Notes under the pieces: generated by a model
Database searches by the model: none
What the model was told of the DNA's origin: nothing
Seen by the model: only the letters and a program-made list of their open reading frames with translations
Virus record (IMG/VR): IMGVR_UViG_3300050120_000126
Span: 2,407 to 66,406 of that record
Length of the DNA: 64,000 nucleotides
Reading direction: 5' to 3' (one strand)
Source of the DNA: a virus
Program-made: the position numbers and the translations under genes
In this document: piece after piece, positions 8,488 through 18,950 of the stretch
How the letters are laid out: each line of letters starts with the position of its first letter
Position numbering within the stretch: position 1 is the first letter of the stretch

Positions 8488-9296
8488 TGTCACCATTTTA
8501 CAGAGTGATCGAAGCCGCGATCGCCGATATTGAAGCGAATGGCTACGACAGCCAGGAACGCATCGATTACTGGGTCACCAAGATCGAGGCGGCCGCCCGC
8601 GCTACGGCAACACCAGAGCATGTGCTGCAAGAGGCGCTGAATCAGCAGATGCAATCTATTTATCGCCGCATGATAGAGCGCGGCGATATATTGAAGGTGC
8701 ATCAAGGCATACAGCGGTTCACGCTTGAAAAGTTGCGACCGTCCCTGCGCAACGAGTTGGACCGCCGCATCATGGCCAGCGCCAATCTGATCAAGATGAA
8801 CCGGGCGAGCGCGATCGCAGATACAAGGCAGAGATTCGTAGGCTGGGCGACGTCAATACCGAAAGGCGGTACGCGCGCGGTCGATAAGATGGAAGTCAAA
8901 ACGGATCTGCGCAAGGCGCTGACGCAGTTGCCATTTGAGGAGCGCCGGGTAGCGATCGACCAGGGGCATAAATTTGTCGGCGCGTTGAATAACATCCTGG
9001 CCACGAACGGCGGAGCGATTGCTCTTATCTGGAAGTCGCACTGGCGCCGGCCTGGTTATCACTACCGCAAAGACCACAAAGAACGCGATGGCCATGTGTA
9101 CACGATTCGTAATAATTGGGCGCAAGAGCGTGGCTTGATGAAGAAAGGCCTGAATGGCTATTACGATGAAGTAACTGCGGTCGGCGAGGAAATATTCTGT
9201 TCTTGTGGCGCGCAATATCTATACGCCCTACGCGATCTACCGCCTGAGATGTTGACCATTAAGGGCGAACAGGCACTTGATTCGATCCGAACTTGA
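8484..9296 (+). CDS. Head morphogenesis protein (Mu gpF-like)
   Basis: W...R.DH..RDG and GEEIFCSC motifs after the portal gene. Confidence 0.75.
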   Translation: MMSPFYRVIEAAIADIEANGYDSQERIDYWVTKIEAAARATATPEHVLQEALNQQMQSIYRRMIERGDILKVHQGIQRFTLEKLRPSLRNELDRRIMASANLIKMNRASAIADTRQRFVGWATSIPKGGTRAVDKMEVKTDLRKALTQLPFEERRVAIDQGHKFVGALNNILATNGGAIALIWKSHWRRPGYHYRKDHKERDGHVYTIRNNWAQERGLMKKGLNGYYDEVTAVGEEIFCSCGAQYLYALRDLPPEMLTIKGEQALDSIRT

Positions 9297-9578
9297 TTTC
9301 GGGCAGTTGCTATTTTTACCGCGTAATAATGATTTAGGAGTGTGGCGTTTCTAGAGGGCTATCTGAATTAACAGGGCGCAGGCCGCAATTGAGGGGCTTG
9401 TATTGCATTGTCGTATGAATGCATTGAGCGATGTCCAGAAAGCACGTAAATCCGGTTTAGACCCGGATACTCCATTTATTTTTGAATCCGGCTATTAGCC
9501 TAGTTTTTATTTCTTAAATATTTTTCAAACGACAAGCCACTCTAGAGGTGGCTTTTTGCTTTTCATAGACAAAAATAT

Positions 9579-11375
9579 ATGACCCCAACGATTCCGACAC
9601 AGAAAACAATCGTTGGTGCGGTGTCGGGCGCGCTCAATGCTTGGGAAGTGGCATCTACTCAGGCAGCCGGCATTGCTCTGGTTGCTACTGGCAAGGTCTT
9701 GCTATTGAAGCGCGGACCGGGCGGTGACTATCCTGAACATTGGTCATTCCCGGGTGGTAAGGTTGAACTTGCTGAATTGCCTGGTCAAGCCGCGATTCGT
9801 GAGGTGTTTGAAGAAACCGGATTTTTGGTATCCGGGGCAATGCGCCAACTGTCATACACCGACAGCGGGAAGGTTGCCTATACGACGTTCGGCAGAGCTG
9901 TATCGCAATTCGCTCCAACGTTATGCGAAGAAAATACAGAGTTTGTTTGGGCCGAGGAAGGAAAGTATCCAGAGCCGCTTCACCCAGGTACTAAGTTGAC
10001 TTTGGAGTCTGGTGTTCTGGATTTCGTCAATCCGTTAAAAATGAATGAACTCGAACTGGCACGCGCCATGGCTGCCGGCGAGCTACCTTCTCCCCAGCGG
10101 TACATGAATGTTTGGCTTTTCGCCATGCGCATTACCGGCACTGGCGTTGCATATCGGACCGCAAATAACGAATTTGTGTTCCGCAATCCAGAACTTTATT
10201 TAAACGATGACTTCCTTGCGCGATGTAATGGATTGACAGTCATCGCCGAACATCCTGATAAGAAAACGATGGATTCGAAAGAATTCGTTGAGCGCAATAT
10301 CGGATCAATTTTCTTGCCCTACATCGTCGGCGACGAAGTGTGGGGCATCTCCAAAATCTACGATGCGGCCGCCGCGCACATGATGGAAAAGCATCAGCTT
10401 TCCACTTCTCCGACGGTCGTGTTTAGTGACCCTGCAGCAAATAGCACCATCAAGTTGGAAGATGGGGCGACCCTCTTAATCGAGGGAAAACCGAGCCTGC
10501 TCGACCATGTAGCGATCTGCATACAAGGCGTGTGGGATAAGGGCGGCCCGCCATCCGGCGTATCCACCAACAACGTTCAGGAAAATCAAATGACAGACGA
10601 AGAACTGAAGGCCAAGGCGGACGCCGAGGCGAAAGAGAAAGCCGACGCCGATGCCAAAGCAAAGGCTGACAGTGATGCAAAGGCTCGCGCCGATGCTGAT
10701 GACGATTTCAAGGCGTCCATGAAGAAATTCTGCGATTCCATGGAAAAACGTATGGATTCCTACGAAGCCGACAAGAAGAAGGCAGATTCGAATATGCCTG
10801 CTCCGACGCAAACTGCTGCGGATGCTGAAGCCGAGGAAAAAGAGACCAAGGCTAAGGCTGATGCCGAAGAGGAAGAAAAGCGTGGCGCGGAAGAAAAGGA
10901 AAAGGCCAAAGCCGACGCCGACGAAACCCGCAAGAAGATCGCCGATCTGGAATCGCGTATGCCGAAAGAAATATCCGATGCCGACTTTGCAGAAATGGCC
11001 GACGCGCAAGCCAAAGCCGATAGCGTGTTTGCTGCATTTGGCGACTCCGCACCGCGGCCGTGGGCAAGCGAAACATTGCTAGCTTACCGCAAGCGCCTGA
11101 TGGTCCAGTTGCAGAAGCATAGCCCCGACTGGAAAGGCGTTGATCTTGGTGCTCTGGATTCGGCTGTTGTCAGCATCGCCGAACCGCGCATCTATGCCGA
11201 TGCCGTCAAAGCTGCTGCGCATCCGGTTGATCTGCCTGCTGGCACTCTCCGCACCATCGAGAAGAAGGATAGCAACGGCCAGGTCATCCGTACCTTCATT
11301 GGTGATCCGAATGTCTGGATGGGAGATTTCAAGAGCACTGCGATGCGCCAAGTCTCCGTCTATAAAGGGAATTAA
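9579..11375 (+). CDS. NUDIX hydrolase fused to DUF2213-like prohead protease/scaffold
   Basis: Nudix box GGKVELAELPGQAAIREVFEETG; central protease-like region (EHP, STSP, LDHVAI); acidic KADAE-rich scaffold tail. Confidence 0.8.
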   Translation: MTPTIPTQKTIVGAVSGALNAWEVASTQAAGIALVATGKVLLLKRGPGGDYPEHWSFPGGKVELAELPGQAAIREVFEETGFLVSGAMRQLSYTDSGKVAYTTFGRAVSQFAPTLCEENTEFVWAEEGKYPEPLHPGTKLTLESGVLDFVNPLKMNELELARAMAAGELPSPQRYMNVWLFAMRITGTGVAYRTANNEFVFRNPELYLNDDFLARCNGLTVIAEHPDKKTMDSKEFVERNIGSIFLPYIVGDEVWGISKIYDAAAAHMMEKHQLSTSPTVVFSDPAANSTIKLEDGATLLIEGKPSLLDHVAICIQGVWDKGGPPSGVSTNNVQENQMTDEELKAKADAEAKEKADADAKAKADSDAKARADADDDFKASMKKFCDSMEKRMDSYEADKKKADSNMPAPTQTAADAEAEEKETKAKADAEEEEKRGAEEKEKAKADADETRKKIADLESRMPKEISDADFAEMADAQAKADSVFAAFGDSAPRPWASETLLAYRKRLMVQLQKHSPDWKGVDLGALDSAVVSIAEPRIYADAVKAAAHPVDLPAGTLRTIEKKDSNGQVIRTFIGDPNVWMGDFKSTAMRQVSVYKGN

Positions 11376-11377
11376 TA

Positions 11378-12259
11378 ATGTCAAACCTCGTATCGTTTAA
11401 CCCGATGCTGACCACGAACGCTGCTGGTTCGTTTTCAGTCCAGTCGGAAGGCTATGTCCAGGGTACCGCGCTCGATGATCCTGCGATTCGCTATCAACTG
11501 GTCAATGGCGTGCTTGCTCTGACTGAATCACTCCCGATGTGGGGCGGCTGTGCATTGACCGAAAATATCCCTAACCCGGGCTTCGGTAATATGGTCGGCG
11601 GCAACGTCGGCCGCGCGCTCAACAATGCGGCCATCAGTGGTTTTAGCGTGTTCAATCAGGGCAGCGCGATGATCAACTGGCCGCAAAACAAGGTGCCTAT
11701 TACCGGCCAGGGCGGCACAGTGCCATTCTATCGCTTGGGTTCCAATGCGCGCATTCCAGTGCAATGCGATCCGTCGCTAGCTTCACTGCAAGGTGGTGCG
11801 ATCACACAGCAAGTGTCGTGGGATTTTAATAACCAGATCTTGCAGCCATACGACGCGTCGACCGCGACAATCACCATCTCGTCGATGACCGCGACTTTCG
11901 CAAATGGCGTGTACACGATTGCGGTCGTTACCGCGGCTGCATCGGTTGTTGGTGCGGTTGGCGATTCGATCAATATTTCGGGTGCCACGAACAGCGGCAC
12001 CGGTGGCGCGGCTTTAGTCAATGGCAACTTCGTTGTCACGGCGTTCACCGATAGCCAGCATTTCAGCTTCCAAGTGACTGCTGTTACCGGTGCGATCGGC
12101 ACCATCGCCGGCACCCCGGTCCTGAATCAAGGTACTGGCGCTCTGCCAGTCAAGGTTCTGGAAATCAATTCCGGTAATAGCAAGGTCGTTACCTGGAGTC
12201 CAACTCTGTTGACAGCGAACTGGAATCTCAGCGGTTCCGTTGCTCTCATCCAAATCTAA
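11378..12259 (+). CDS. Head decoration/cement protein
   Basis: Between scaffold and MCP; G/T/A-rich with an inserted beta domain. Confidence 0.65.
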   Translation: MSNLVSFNPMLTTNAAGSFSVQSEGYVQGTALDDPAIRYQLVNGVLALTESLPMWGGCALTENIPNPGFGNMVGGNVGRALNNAAISGFSVFNQGSAMINWPQNKVPITGQGGTVPFYRLGSNARIPVQCDPSLASLQGGAITQQVSWDFNNQILQPYDASTATITISSMTATFANGVYTIAVVTAAASVVGAVGDSINISGATNSGTGGAALVNGNFVVTAFTDSQHFSFQVTAVTGAIGTIAGTPVLNQGTGALPVKVLEINSGNSKVVTWSPTLLTANWNLSGSVALIQI

Positions 12260-12268
12260 GGGGCGATA

Positions 12269-13285
12269 ATGGCTAATATCTCACCAAGCTATATCATTCA
12301 GCATCCGTCGTATGTTGTTCCAGAAATCCTGACGCAGTATCAACAGGCTTCCGGCGCATTCTCAGTTCTGGCGGGTAATGATCCAATGGTTCGTCTAAGC
12401 GACGGCGATTTGCAGGTATACATCAAGCATCTGGATATCCGTACCAAGGTCAATGCCGGCCAATCGGCAGGTAACTTGCTGCCGGGCGTTTCGGTTACTA
12501 CCGACATGATCAGCACGCCGACCTACCTCATGCGCGTGCGCGCCGAATACGATCACCACGATACCCAGGCAATGGGTAACTGGGGCATCTCGATCGTTGA
12601 AGCGCAGCGTCTGGGCATGCGTCAGGGTATCTTCCAGCAATTGCGCACCGGTCTGCTGCAGGGCTTCAATCCTGCGAATGGCGAAGGGCTGCTGAATACC
12701 CAGGGCGCAACAACTCTGGCACTGCCGGCTGACTCCAACGGTAATACGACTGTAAGCACGTACGACAGCGGTCAGCTAGGCTTGTTCTTGCTGAACCAGA
12801 TCGCCTCCGCAAAGGTTCGCACGATGCAAGTCGGCATGCCATTGCGCGTTACGATCTTGACTACACAGCGGATCATGACGCAGTTTGCCTATCAGGTCGT
12901 GCAATTGGTGCAATTCCAACGCCCCGGCGCCGGTAGTGCATCGCCGACTGGTTTGGTAAATGGCGTAGCTGGCGACAACGGTGATGAAATCGTATGGGTT
13001 ACGGATGATACCTTGATCGGCAAGGGTGCCGGTGGCACTGACGTCATCATCATCACTATTCCTGAAGTGTCGAAGCCGATCGCGAACAAGATCAATACCA
13101 ACGAGTTTTCGAAGATCACTCCTGGTTTGGCTGCTTGCAACCTGCAATACATGGATATGGCCGCTCCGCGCGAACTGCCGTGCCCATTGCCAGGTGGCGC
13201 AATCGACATCACGTCGGAGTTGCGTGCAACATCCGGTTGGGGTGTGCGTCCCGAAGCGACCTCGATCATCTCGGCCGCGTACTAA
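12269..13285 (+). CDS. Major capsid protein
   Basis: 338 aa, canonical position, GEGLLN motif, followed by a terminator. Confidence 0.8.
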   Translation: MANISPSYIIQHPSYVVPEILTQYQQASGAFSVLAGNDPMVRLSDGDLQVYIKHLDIRTKVNAGQSAGNLLPGVSVTTDMISTPTYLMRVRAEYDHHDTQAMGNWGISIVEAQRLGMRQGIFQQLRTGLLQGFNPANGEGLLNTQGATTLALPADSNGNTTVSTYDSGQLGLFLLNQIASAKVRTMQVGMPLRVTILTTQRIMTQFAYQVVQLVQFQRPGAGSASPTGLVNGVAGDNGDEIVWVTDDTLIGKGAGGTDVIIITIPEVSKPIANKINTNEFSKITPGLAACNLQYMDMAAPRELPCPLPGGAIDITSELRATSGWGVRPEATSIISAAY

Positions 13286-13322
13286 TGTAATTGCAGTAAA
13301 TCGCTTCACCTAGTAGATATCG

Positions 13323-13345
13323 GCCGCCAATAGGCGGTTTTTTAT
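13323..13345 (+). terminator. Rho-independent terminator after MCP
   Basis: GCCGCC-AATA-GGCGGT followed by a T-run. Confidence 0.7.
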
Positions 13346-13408
13346 TGGGTGTTTATAAATGCCCGGCGTCTAAATGACCCGGGCATTTTCATTTAAAAGG
13401 AGATATGT

Positions 13409-13915
13409 ATGGCAAAGCTATTTGTTGCAAACTGCACACGTCAGCGTCACGAGTTTATTTTTCGCGCTCCCGAACAAAAAAATCCACAAGTTAAAGTCAT
13501 CGAAATCGGTGGCCAGTCTCAAATCTGGAATGACTCGCCAATCGACCAACTCCGCAATATCGTTGAACAGCATGAAATGTACGGTTTGATCCCTGTTAGC
13601 GAGATTGACCGCACACGGCGCTTTGTCGGCTATTGCTACAGTTTCGATAAACCGATCGACGTCGATAAGATCATGTACACCGTCGAAAACAATGATGTGG
13701 TCTTGACAGCCGATGCGCTGGAATCTCGCAAGCAATCGGCCCAAATTATCAACCAATCTTTATCGCAGGTAGCTGCTGAGGCTGGAAATGGGCTAAAAAA
13801 TCTGGATGTCGAAATCAAGGAAATTGCCACCCCCGGTAAAGATGTGGCGTTCGATGAAACGATCACTGTCGAGAACCGCGGTAATGGCCGAGGCCGACCA
13901 CGTCGCAATACCTAA
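13409..13915 (+). CDS. Hypothetical virion-module protein
   Basis: AAGGAG RBS; ends in GRGRPRR. Confidence 0.6.
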   Translation: MAKLFVANCTRQRHEFIFRAPEQKNPQVKVIEIGGQSQIWNDSPIDQLRNIVEQHEMYGLIPVSEIDRTRRFVGYCYSFDKPIDVDKIMYTVENNDVVLTADALESRKQSAQIINQSLSQVAAEAGNGLKNLDVEIKEIATPGKDVAFDETITVENRGNGRGRPRRNT

Positions 13916-13917
13916 TC

Positions 13918-14370
13918 GTGCATACACCCCCAAAGCCAACGCTTGCGGGGTTCCTCGTATTTCTTCGGGATACGGCTGGAATCACAACTGCGGAATTGCC
14001 AGATGACGATATACAGATTCAGTATTCCTATGGCGTTTCTGTAGCTACAGTCCTATGTGCGATTCACGTTGTGAGTCCACTTATTTATATGCTGGCAGTT
14101 TATAACCTGGGCACCGATCTTTTGATCAACTGGGCGAACGATCAGCCGGGTCAGACTTATTTCACTGATTTGCGTTCGCAGTTTGGCGTAAATGATTTCG
14201 TGGCAGGAGTGGTCGCTTCCACTGCTGATGAGTCTACATCCGAATCACTAACTGTTCCTGATGCTTTCTCTGGATTGACAATCGGCCAATTGCAGAATCT
14301 GAAAACGCCATATGGCCGGCAATATTTAGCGTGGGCGCAAATGTACGGGACGAACTGGGGATTATCGTGA
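13918..14370 (+). CDS. Head-tail adaptor (DUF4054-like)
   Basis: C-terminal TPYGRQYL motif. Confidence 0.7.
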   Translation: MHTPPKPTLAGFLVFLRDTAGITTAELPDDDIQIQYSYGVSVATVLCAIHVVSPLIYMLAVYNLGTDLLINWANDQPGQTYFTDLRSQFGVNDFVAGVVASTADESTSESLTVPDAFSGLTIGQLQNLKTPYGRQYLAWAQMYGTNWGLS

Positions 14371-14939
14371 ATCTTGGGAAGGACGTTAATTCGTCATTCG
14401 ATACCAACGGATCATCGTCTTATACGTCAACTGCAGCGCCGATGCCTTCTGGTCGAATGGTGTTACATCTCGGCGTTATCGATGTTCCTTATGTGCAAGC
14501 TTTGGTTGGGAAAATAGCCAAGGCAAAAAAGGGCAAAGCAAATAAGCCAGTTAAGACCGTAGCCGGTACCCAAACAACAGGCGACGTCGCCCAATGGCTA
14601 GAAAATAAATACTGTGTGATGGAAGGCTTCGCACAACTGCATAGCGAGGATATTTCGCAAGCTATCTCTAATTCAGTGGCTGGAGCAATCGAAACTGTGA
14701 TGATGGGCGGCCCGGCATCCATCGATGCTTTTGGTTCGGCAACTAGCGAAATTGAGACGCTATTTAAATTTACGTATTTGGATAACGAAGAGATTACGCA
14801 AACTGGCGCTGATGGAGTGCCGACGCAGGCAGCAAAAGATGGTATCAATCCGCGCCTAAAGTCTGGAAAAGGTGATCCGCGCCCGTCATTCATCGCTACC
14901 GGACAATATCAAAACAGTTTTAAAGCGTGGGTTGAATAA
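14367..14939 (+). CDS. Neck/virion morphogenesis protein
   Basis: RPSFIATGQYQNS motif; position; GTG start overlapping upstream stop. Confidence 0.55.
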   Translation: MNLGKDVNSSFDTNGSSSYTSTAAPMPSGRMVLHLGVIDVPYVQALVGKIAKAKKGKANKPVKTVAGTQTTGDVAQWLENKYCVMEGFAQLHSEDISQAISNSVAGAIETVMMGGPASIDAFGSATSEIETLFKFTYLDNEEITQTGADGVPTQAAKDGINPRLKSGKGDPRPSFIATGQYQNSFKAWVE

Positions 14940-15928
14940 TGCCATCGGCAAAAGAATTAGCCGGGGCCAAGTCGCAGTTGGCGGCCGGTCTTGCGGCAGG
15001 CGTAAAAACACTATCCGGCAACCAGTCCGTCACCTTTACGAAATATGTGCAATTGATTTTGCCATTTGATGGATACGTATTCTGGGTTAGATCGGATCTG
15101 ATTAGCAATTCGGCTTTGCTCGCCGCCTGCCAGCCGGTCGGGGATTCAAATATTCCACAAACTGCGACGGTCAAGGCGATGGGTTCTTTCCATTACGCCT
15201 CAGACTCAAAGCAATTAGAGGATGAAAGCCCGACGATTAATCGGGTGATATTCACGGCGCTTGAGCCTATTCAGGATTTTAATCAAATTGCGCCGAATGT
15301 CATTTTCATTGGTGAATTTGAAGGTGTACGGTTTGCTTTCAACCAACGCAAGTCGTACTACAAGCAAACCGATCTGCACCATTACACCGGTGAGGCAATT
15401 TATCCAGCGATGGAATCGCAGATCATCGATGACAGCAGTGGATTCGATAGTCAGAACATCATTGTTTCGAACAGTCTCCCAGTATGGTTGAGTCTGTGCA
15501 AATTAATGCCGGTGTATCCGTCATTTCTCGTATCTGAGAATTTGCAGCCTCCATACGCATCAGCTCATGTGTATCCAGACCAAACGAAAGCATTGCAGGC
15601 TGTCCCGTCATTTAATTCGACCGGATCGCATTACCAACTCGTTTCCGACAAAGTAAAGATCACCGTCTACGGCCTGAATAACGCCGACGCGCTGGACTAC
15701 CAAGATTATGTTTATCGCTATATGAGTGATGACGGCAACCTGTTCGGCCTGATGAATATGCCCGTCATCAAAGATGAAAAGCGCACGCAGTCAGAGCTAA
15801 AAATCATCGCAATGAAAAAGAGTATCGAGTTCGAAGTTTCGTATTACCAGACCCGCGTGAACGACGTAGCCCGACAATTTATTAAGACCGTAATACCAAC
15901 ATACCAGGTAGTCCCGGCCCCTTTCTAA
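14939..15928 (+). CDS. Head-closure/tail-terminator protein
   Basis: Position between neck and sheath genes. Confidence 0.5.
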   Translation: MPSAKELAGAKSQLAAGLAAGVKTLSGNQSVTFTKYVQLILPFDGYVFWVRSDLISNSALLAACQPVGDSNIPQTATVKAMGSFHYASDSKQLEDESPTINRVIFTALEPIQDFNQIAPNVIFIGEFEGVRFAFNQRKSYYKQTDLHHYTGEAIYPAMESQIIDDSSGFDSQNIIVSNSLPVWLSLCKLMPVYPSFLVSENLQPPYASAHVYPDQTKALQAVPSFNSTGSHYQLVSDKVKITVYGLNNADALDYQDYVYRYMSDDGNLFGLMNMPVIKDEKRTQSELKIIAMKKSIEFEVSYYQTRVNDVARQFIKTVIPTYQVVPAPF

Positions 15929-15988
15929 ATAAAACACGCACTCAACCAAGCCCGCTCATGCGGGCTTTTTTCATTTTAGGAAATAAAA

Positions 15989-16363
15989 ATGTCACAAAAC
16001 CCATTGGGCGCGTACGTCGCTAAAAATCCATCTAACATTCTTGTCCCGTTGACCACCGATGCAAATGGCAATTTATTCATCGGTACCGGCTCGATCGGAA
16101 AATCCAATATCACGACGCCTATCGTCATCAAGGCCTCGTCCGGCCGCCTCGTAAAAATCGTCGTCAACACGGTCGCTACTGGTGGCGTGCTTTCGGCGCA
16201 TGACTGCGCAACAACCGGTGCCGCTGCCGCGGCAAATCAAATCATTGGCATCGGTGCAGCTTGGCCCGCCGCCGGCACCGTTATTCCACTGGACTGGCCT
16301 TGCGCTGCCGGCATCGTCGTTGATCCCGGCACCGGCGGCAACGTTTCCGTTTCGTTCGACTAA
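15989..16363 (+). CDS. Hypothetical structural protein
   Basis: RBS-preceded, G/A/T-rich ORF upstream of sheath. Confidence 0.55.
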   Translation: MSQNPLGAYVAKNPSNILVPLTTDANGNLFIGTGSIGKSNITTPIVIKASSGRLVKIVVNTVATGGVLSAHDCATTGAAAAANQIIGIGAAWPAAGTVIPLDWPCAAGIVVDPGTGGNVSVSFD

Positions 16364-16372
16364 GGATAAGCG

Positions 16373-17752
16373 ATGACAAACAATATCGTCGTAGTCAACG
16401 TCACGCAGACGATTTCTGCGGCGCCGAGTATGTTGCAGCGTACTGGCGCATTCATTTCGCAAGGCGGCACCACACTGACCCCGGGAACGAAATCGCTGCT
16501 GACGGAATTGTCGGACTTGACGCCTCTGCTGGCTGGGTCTCAGGCAATTACTTCGATGGTATTGGCTTCCGGAGTGGTCACGGTTACAACGGCGGCGCCG
16601 CACGGTTTTCCAGCGAGCGAAACGCTTGGAGTCGTGATCGCCGGTGTTACGCCGGCAGCATACAACGGCCCCGTTCAAGCGACGATTACCGGAACCTCTA
16701 CGTTCACATATCCACTGTCCGGTGCGCCAGGTGCTGTGACGGTGCAGGGAACAGTAACAGATGCCGATGTTGGTGAGTTGCTTGCAATGGCCACTACACA
16801 CTTTGCGCAAGGCAGTAGCGTTTCGGTGTATGTACTGGAATTGGGTGATGGGACGCCGGCCAATGGCGTGACCTCGCTGACGGCTTTCCTGACAGGCAAT
16901 CCGCTGACGTTTTATTCCTATCTGGTACCGCGCGAGTGGGCCGGCGAGCCGACATTCCTCTCGTTGATCGCTAGTTACGAATCCACCACTGCCAAGCAGT
17001 ATTTCTTCGTTACCGCAACCCAGGCCAATTACACCAATTTCACTCCTTTGATGAAATGCGTGTACATGGCGATCGAAGCGCCTGGCATTCCATCTTTGGA
17101 ATTCAGCCTAGCCGCTACGTTCTACGTCACGCTGAAATACAACCCGAGTTCGACAAACAAAGTAGCACCGCTGTGCTTCTCGTTTGTGGTCGGCGTCACC
17201 CCATATCCGACCATCGGCAATAACGCTCTGCTGGCAACGTTCAAAACAGCAAATCTGAACTATGTGGCGACCGGCGCAGAAGGTGGCATCAGCAACACCA
17301 TTATTAAATGGGGAACGATGGCCGACGGCAATCCGTTCAATTATTGGTATTCGGTTGACTGGATGCAGATCAACATCGATCTGAATATCGCCAATGAAGT
17401 CATCAACGGTTCGAACAATTCACTCGCGCCGCTCTATTACGACCAGCAAGGCATCAACCGCCTCCAGATCCGCTCGCAAAGCACCGCCGCGCAAGCCGTT
17501 GGTAATGGCCTGGCGCTCGGTCCGGTCAATGCATACGCCTTGGCGCCGGATCAATTTATCGACTTGCTGACGAGCGGCAATGCACCCATCGGCGTCATCG
17601 TCAATGCGGTTCCGTTCGCACCTTACGTTACCGAAAACCCTCAGGACTATCCAGGCGGGATATACGGCGGCCTATCGATCGCGTACACGCCTGCGCGCGG
17701 CTTCACGACGATCATTTTCAACATCAACGTCAGCAACTTCGTGCCGGTCTAA
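16373..17752 (+). CDS. Tail sheath protein
   Basis: 459 aa; GTMADG..FNYWYSVDWMQ and LYYDQQGI C-terminal motifs; precedes tube. Confidence 0.8.
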   Translation: MTNNIVVVNVTQTISAAPSMLQRTGAFISQGGTTLTPGTKSLLTELSDLTPLLAGSQAITSMVLASGVVTVTTAAPHGFPASETLGVVIAGVTPAAYNGPVQATITGTSTFTYPLSGAPGAVTVQGTVTDADVGELLAMATTHFAQGSSVSVYVLELGDGTPANGVTSLTAFLTGNPLTFYSYLVPREWAGEPTFLSLIASYESTTAKQYFFVTATQANYTNFTPLMKCVYMAIEAPGIPSLEFSLAATFYVTLKYNPSSTNKVAPLCFSFVVGVTPYPTIGNNALLATFKTANLNYVATGAEGGISNTIIKWGTMADGNPFNYWYSVDWMQINIDLNIANEVINGSNNSLAPLYYDQQGINRLQIRSQSTAAQAVGNGLALGPVNAYALAPDQFIDLLTSGNAPIGVIVNAVPFAPYVTENPQDYPGGIYGGLSIAYTPARGFTTIIFNINVSNFVPV

Positions 17753-17762
17753 AGGATAAAAC

Positions 17763-18212
17763 ATGGCAACTTCAAATCCAATGATCCCGCAAGGGACATT
17801 AAATCGGCTACGTGGCAGCGTCAATTTCGCCAACCTTCCAGCGCTCAACGTAACGGCGCCGTATCTTGTAAAAGACGGCATCGCTATTTCGCTGGACGGC
17901 GATGCGACAACGGTGCTGCCGACGATGACTGGCGTCGTCACCAGTCCGGAGCCGTACATGCTGGCCACGGTGACAATCAACGTCCTGAAAACAAACGGCC
18001 TGGCCGCTTCGTTTAAAGCGCAGATGGAAGATACGACGATTGTCGGCGATATGGTGGTTACGCCAGATACCTCGTCACTACCTACCTATTCGATCACGAA
18101 TTCATCGATCGAGAGCGTCCGCGAAATGAAATTCAACGGCGAAGACGCCGGCTGGACGATCACGCTCAAGGGTGCATATCTCATCAACAATTCGCTCTGG
18201 TCTCTGCTGTAA
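17763..18212 (+). CDS. Tail tube protein
   Basis: 149 aa beta-rich protein right after sheath. Confidence 0.75.
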   Translation: MATSNPMIPQGTLNRLRGSVNFANLPALNVTAPYLVKDGIAISLDGDATTVLPTMTGVVTSPEPYMLATVTINVLKTNGLAASFKAQMEDTTIVGDMVVTPDTSSLPTYSITNSSIESVREMKFNGEDAGWTITLKGAYLINNSLWSLL

Positions 18213-18241
18213 GCACTGATCGATAAGATAACCCTGAAGGA

Positions 18242-18826
18242 GTGATGTCTGTGCGCTTGGACAAAAAATTGAATCTGGTCGTTCCGGTTGAAACCGATAC
18301 TGGGACGATCTACACGCATTCGATGCCGATTTCCCGCGATGTCTTCGAAAAGTACGTTTTCATCATTTCGAAGACATTGAGCGTTCTATACGACGAAGGC
18401 CTGACCGTCTTCGCCGGCCCGCGCGTAGCCGCAACAATGCTGAAAAACATTGCGATCGACCGCGGCATCTGGGAAGGCCCTGAAGGCGTGGAAAACGGCT
18501 TTATGAATGAGATTCGGCGACTGACGAATGTCGTTGCTCCAAGCGCGCAGGGCGGCTGGGCCACCACACCATTCTATGACGCTGTCCGCTCTGGCGTCAT
18601 CGATGCTGAATCGGCTGCCGAGGTAGAGGGCTACATCGTTTTTTTTACATGCGTATCGCTCATGCACAAGCGAGCGGAGATTCCGGGTCTTCTGCAAGGC
18701 ATGAACGACGTTTGGAATACGCAAACTATCTCGTTGAATTCTACGGACTGGGCGAATTCTTTGCCGACATCGATGCCGGCCGCCAGTATTGGCGAGACGG
18801 CGACAGTATCGTCCATTCCGTCCTAG
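18242..18826 (+). CDS. Tail assembly chaperone
   Basis: Between tube and tape measure; contains a T-TTT-TTT slippery site. Confidence 0.65.
   Translation: MMSVRLDKKLNLVVPVETDTGTIYTHSMPISRDVFEKYVFIISKTLSVLYDEGLTVFAGPRVAATMLKNIAIDRGIWEGPEGVENGFMNEIRRLTNVVAPSAQGGWATTPFYDAVRSGVIDAESAAEVEGYIVFFTCVSLMHKRAEIPGLLQGMNDVWNTQTISLNSTDWANSLPTSMPAASIGETATVSSIPS
18640..18646 (+). other. Putative -1 ribosomal frameshift site (G/GT-type)
   Basis: In-frame T TTT TTT; the -1 frame stays open to 18951, abutting the tape-measure ATG. Confidence 0.55.
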
Positions 18827-18950
18827 ATTGGGCGTCAGGGGCTGGGTTCGAGATGTTTCTCTCGCAGCATGATTTGCCATATTCGTCAGCTCACGAATTT
18901 AGGCAGCGACATATCGTTCAGGCGATAAAGCAAACCAGGGGTAATTTCTA

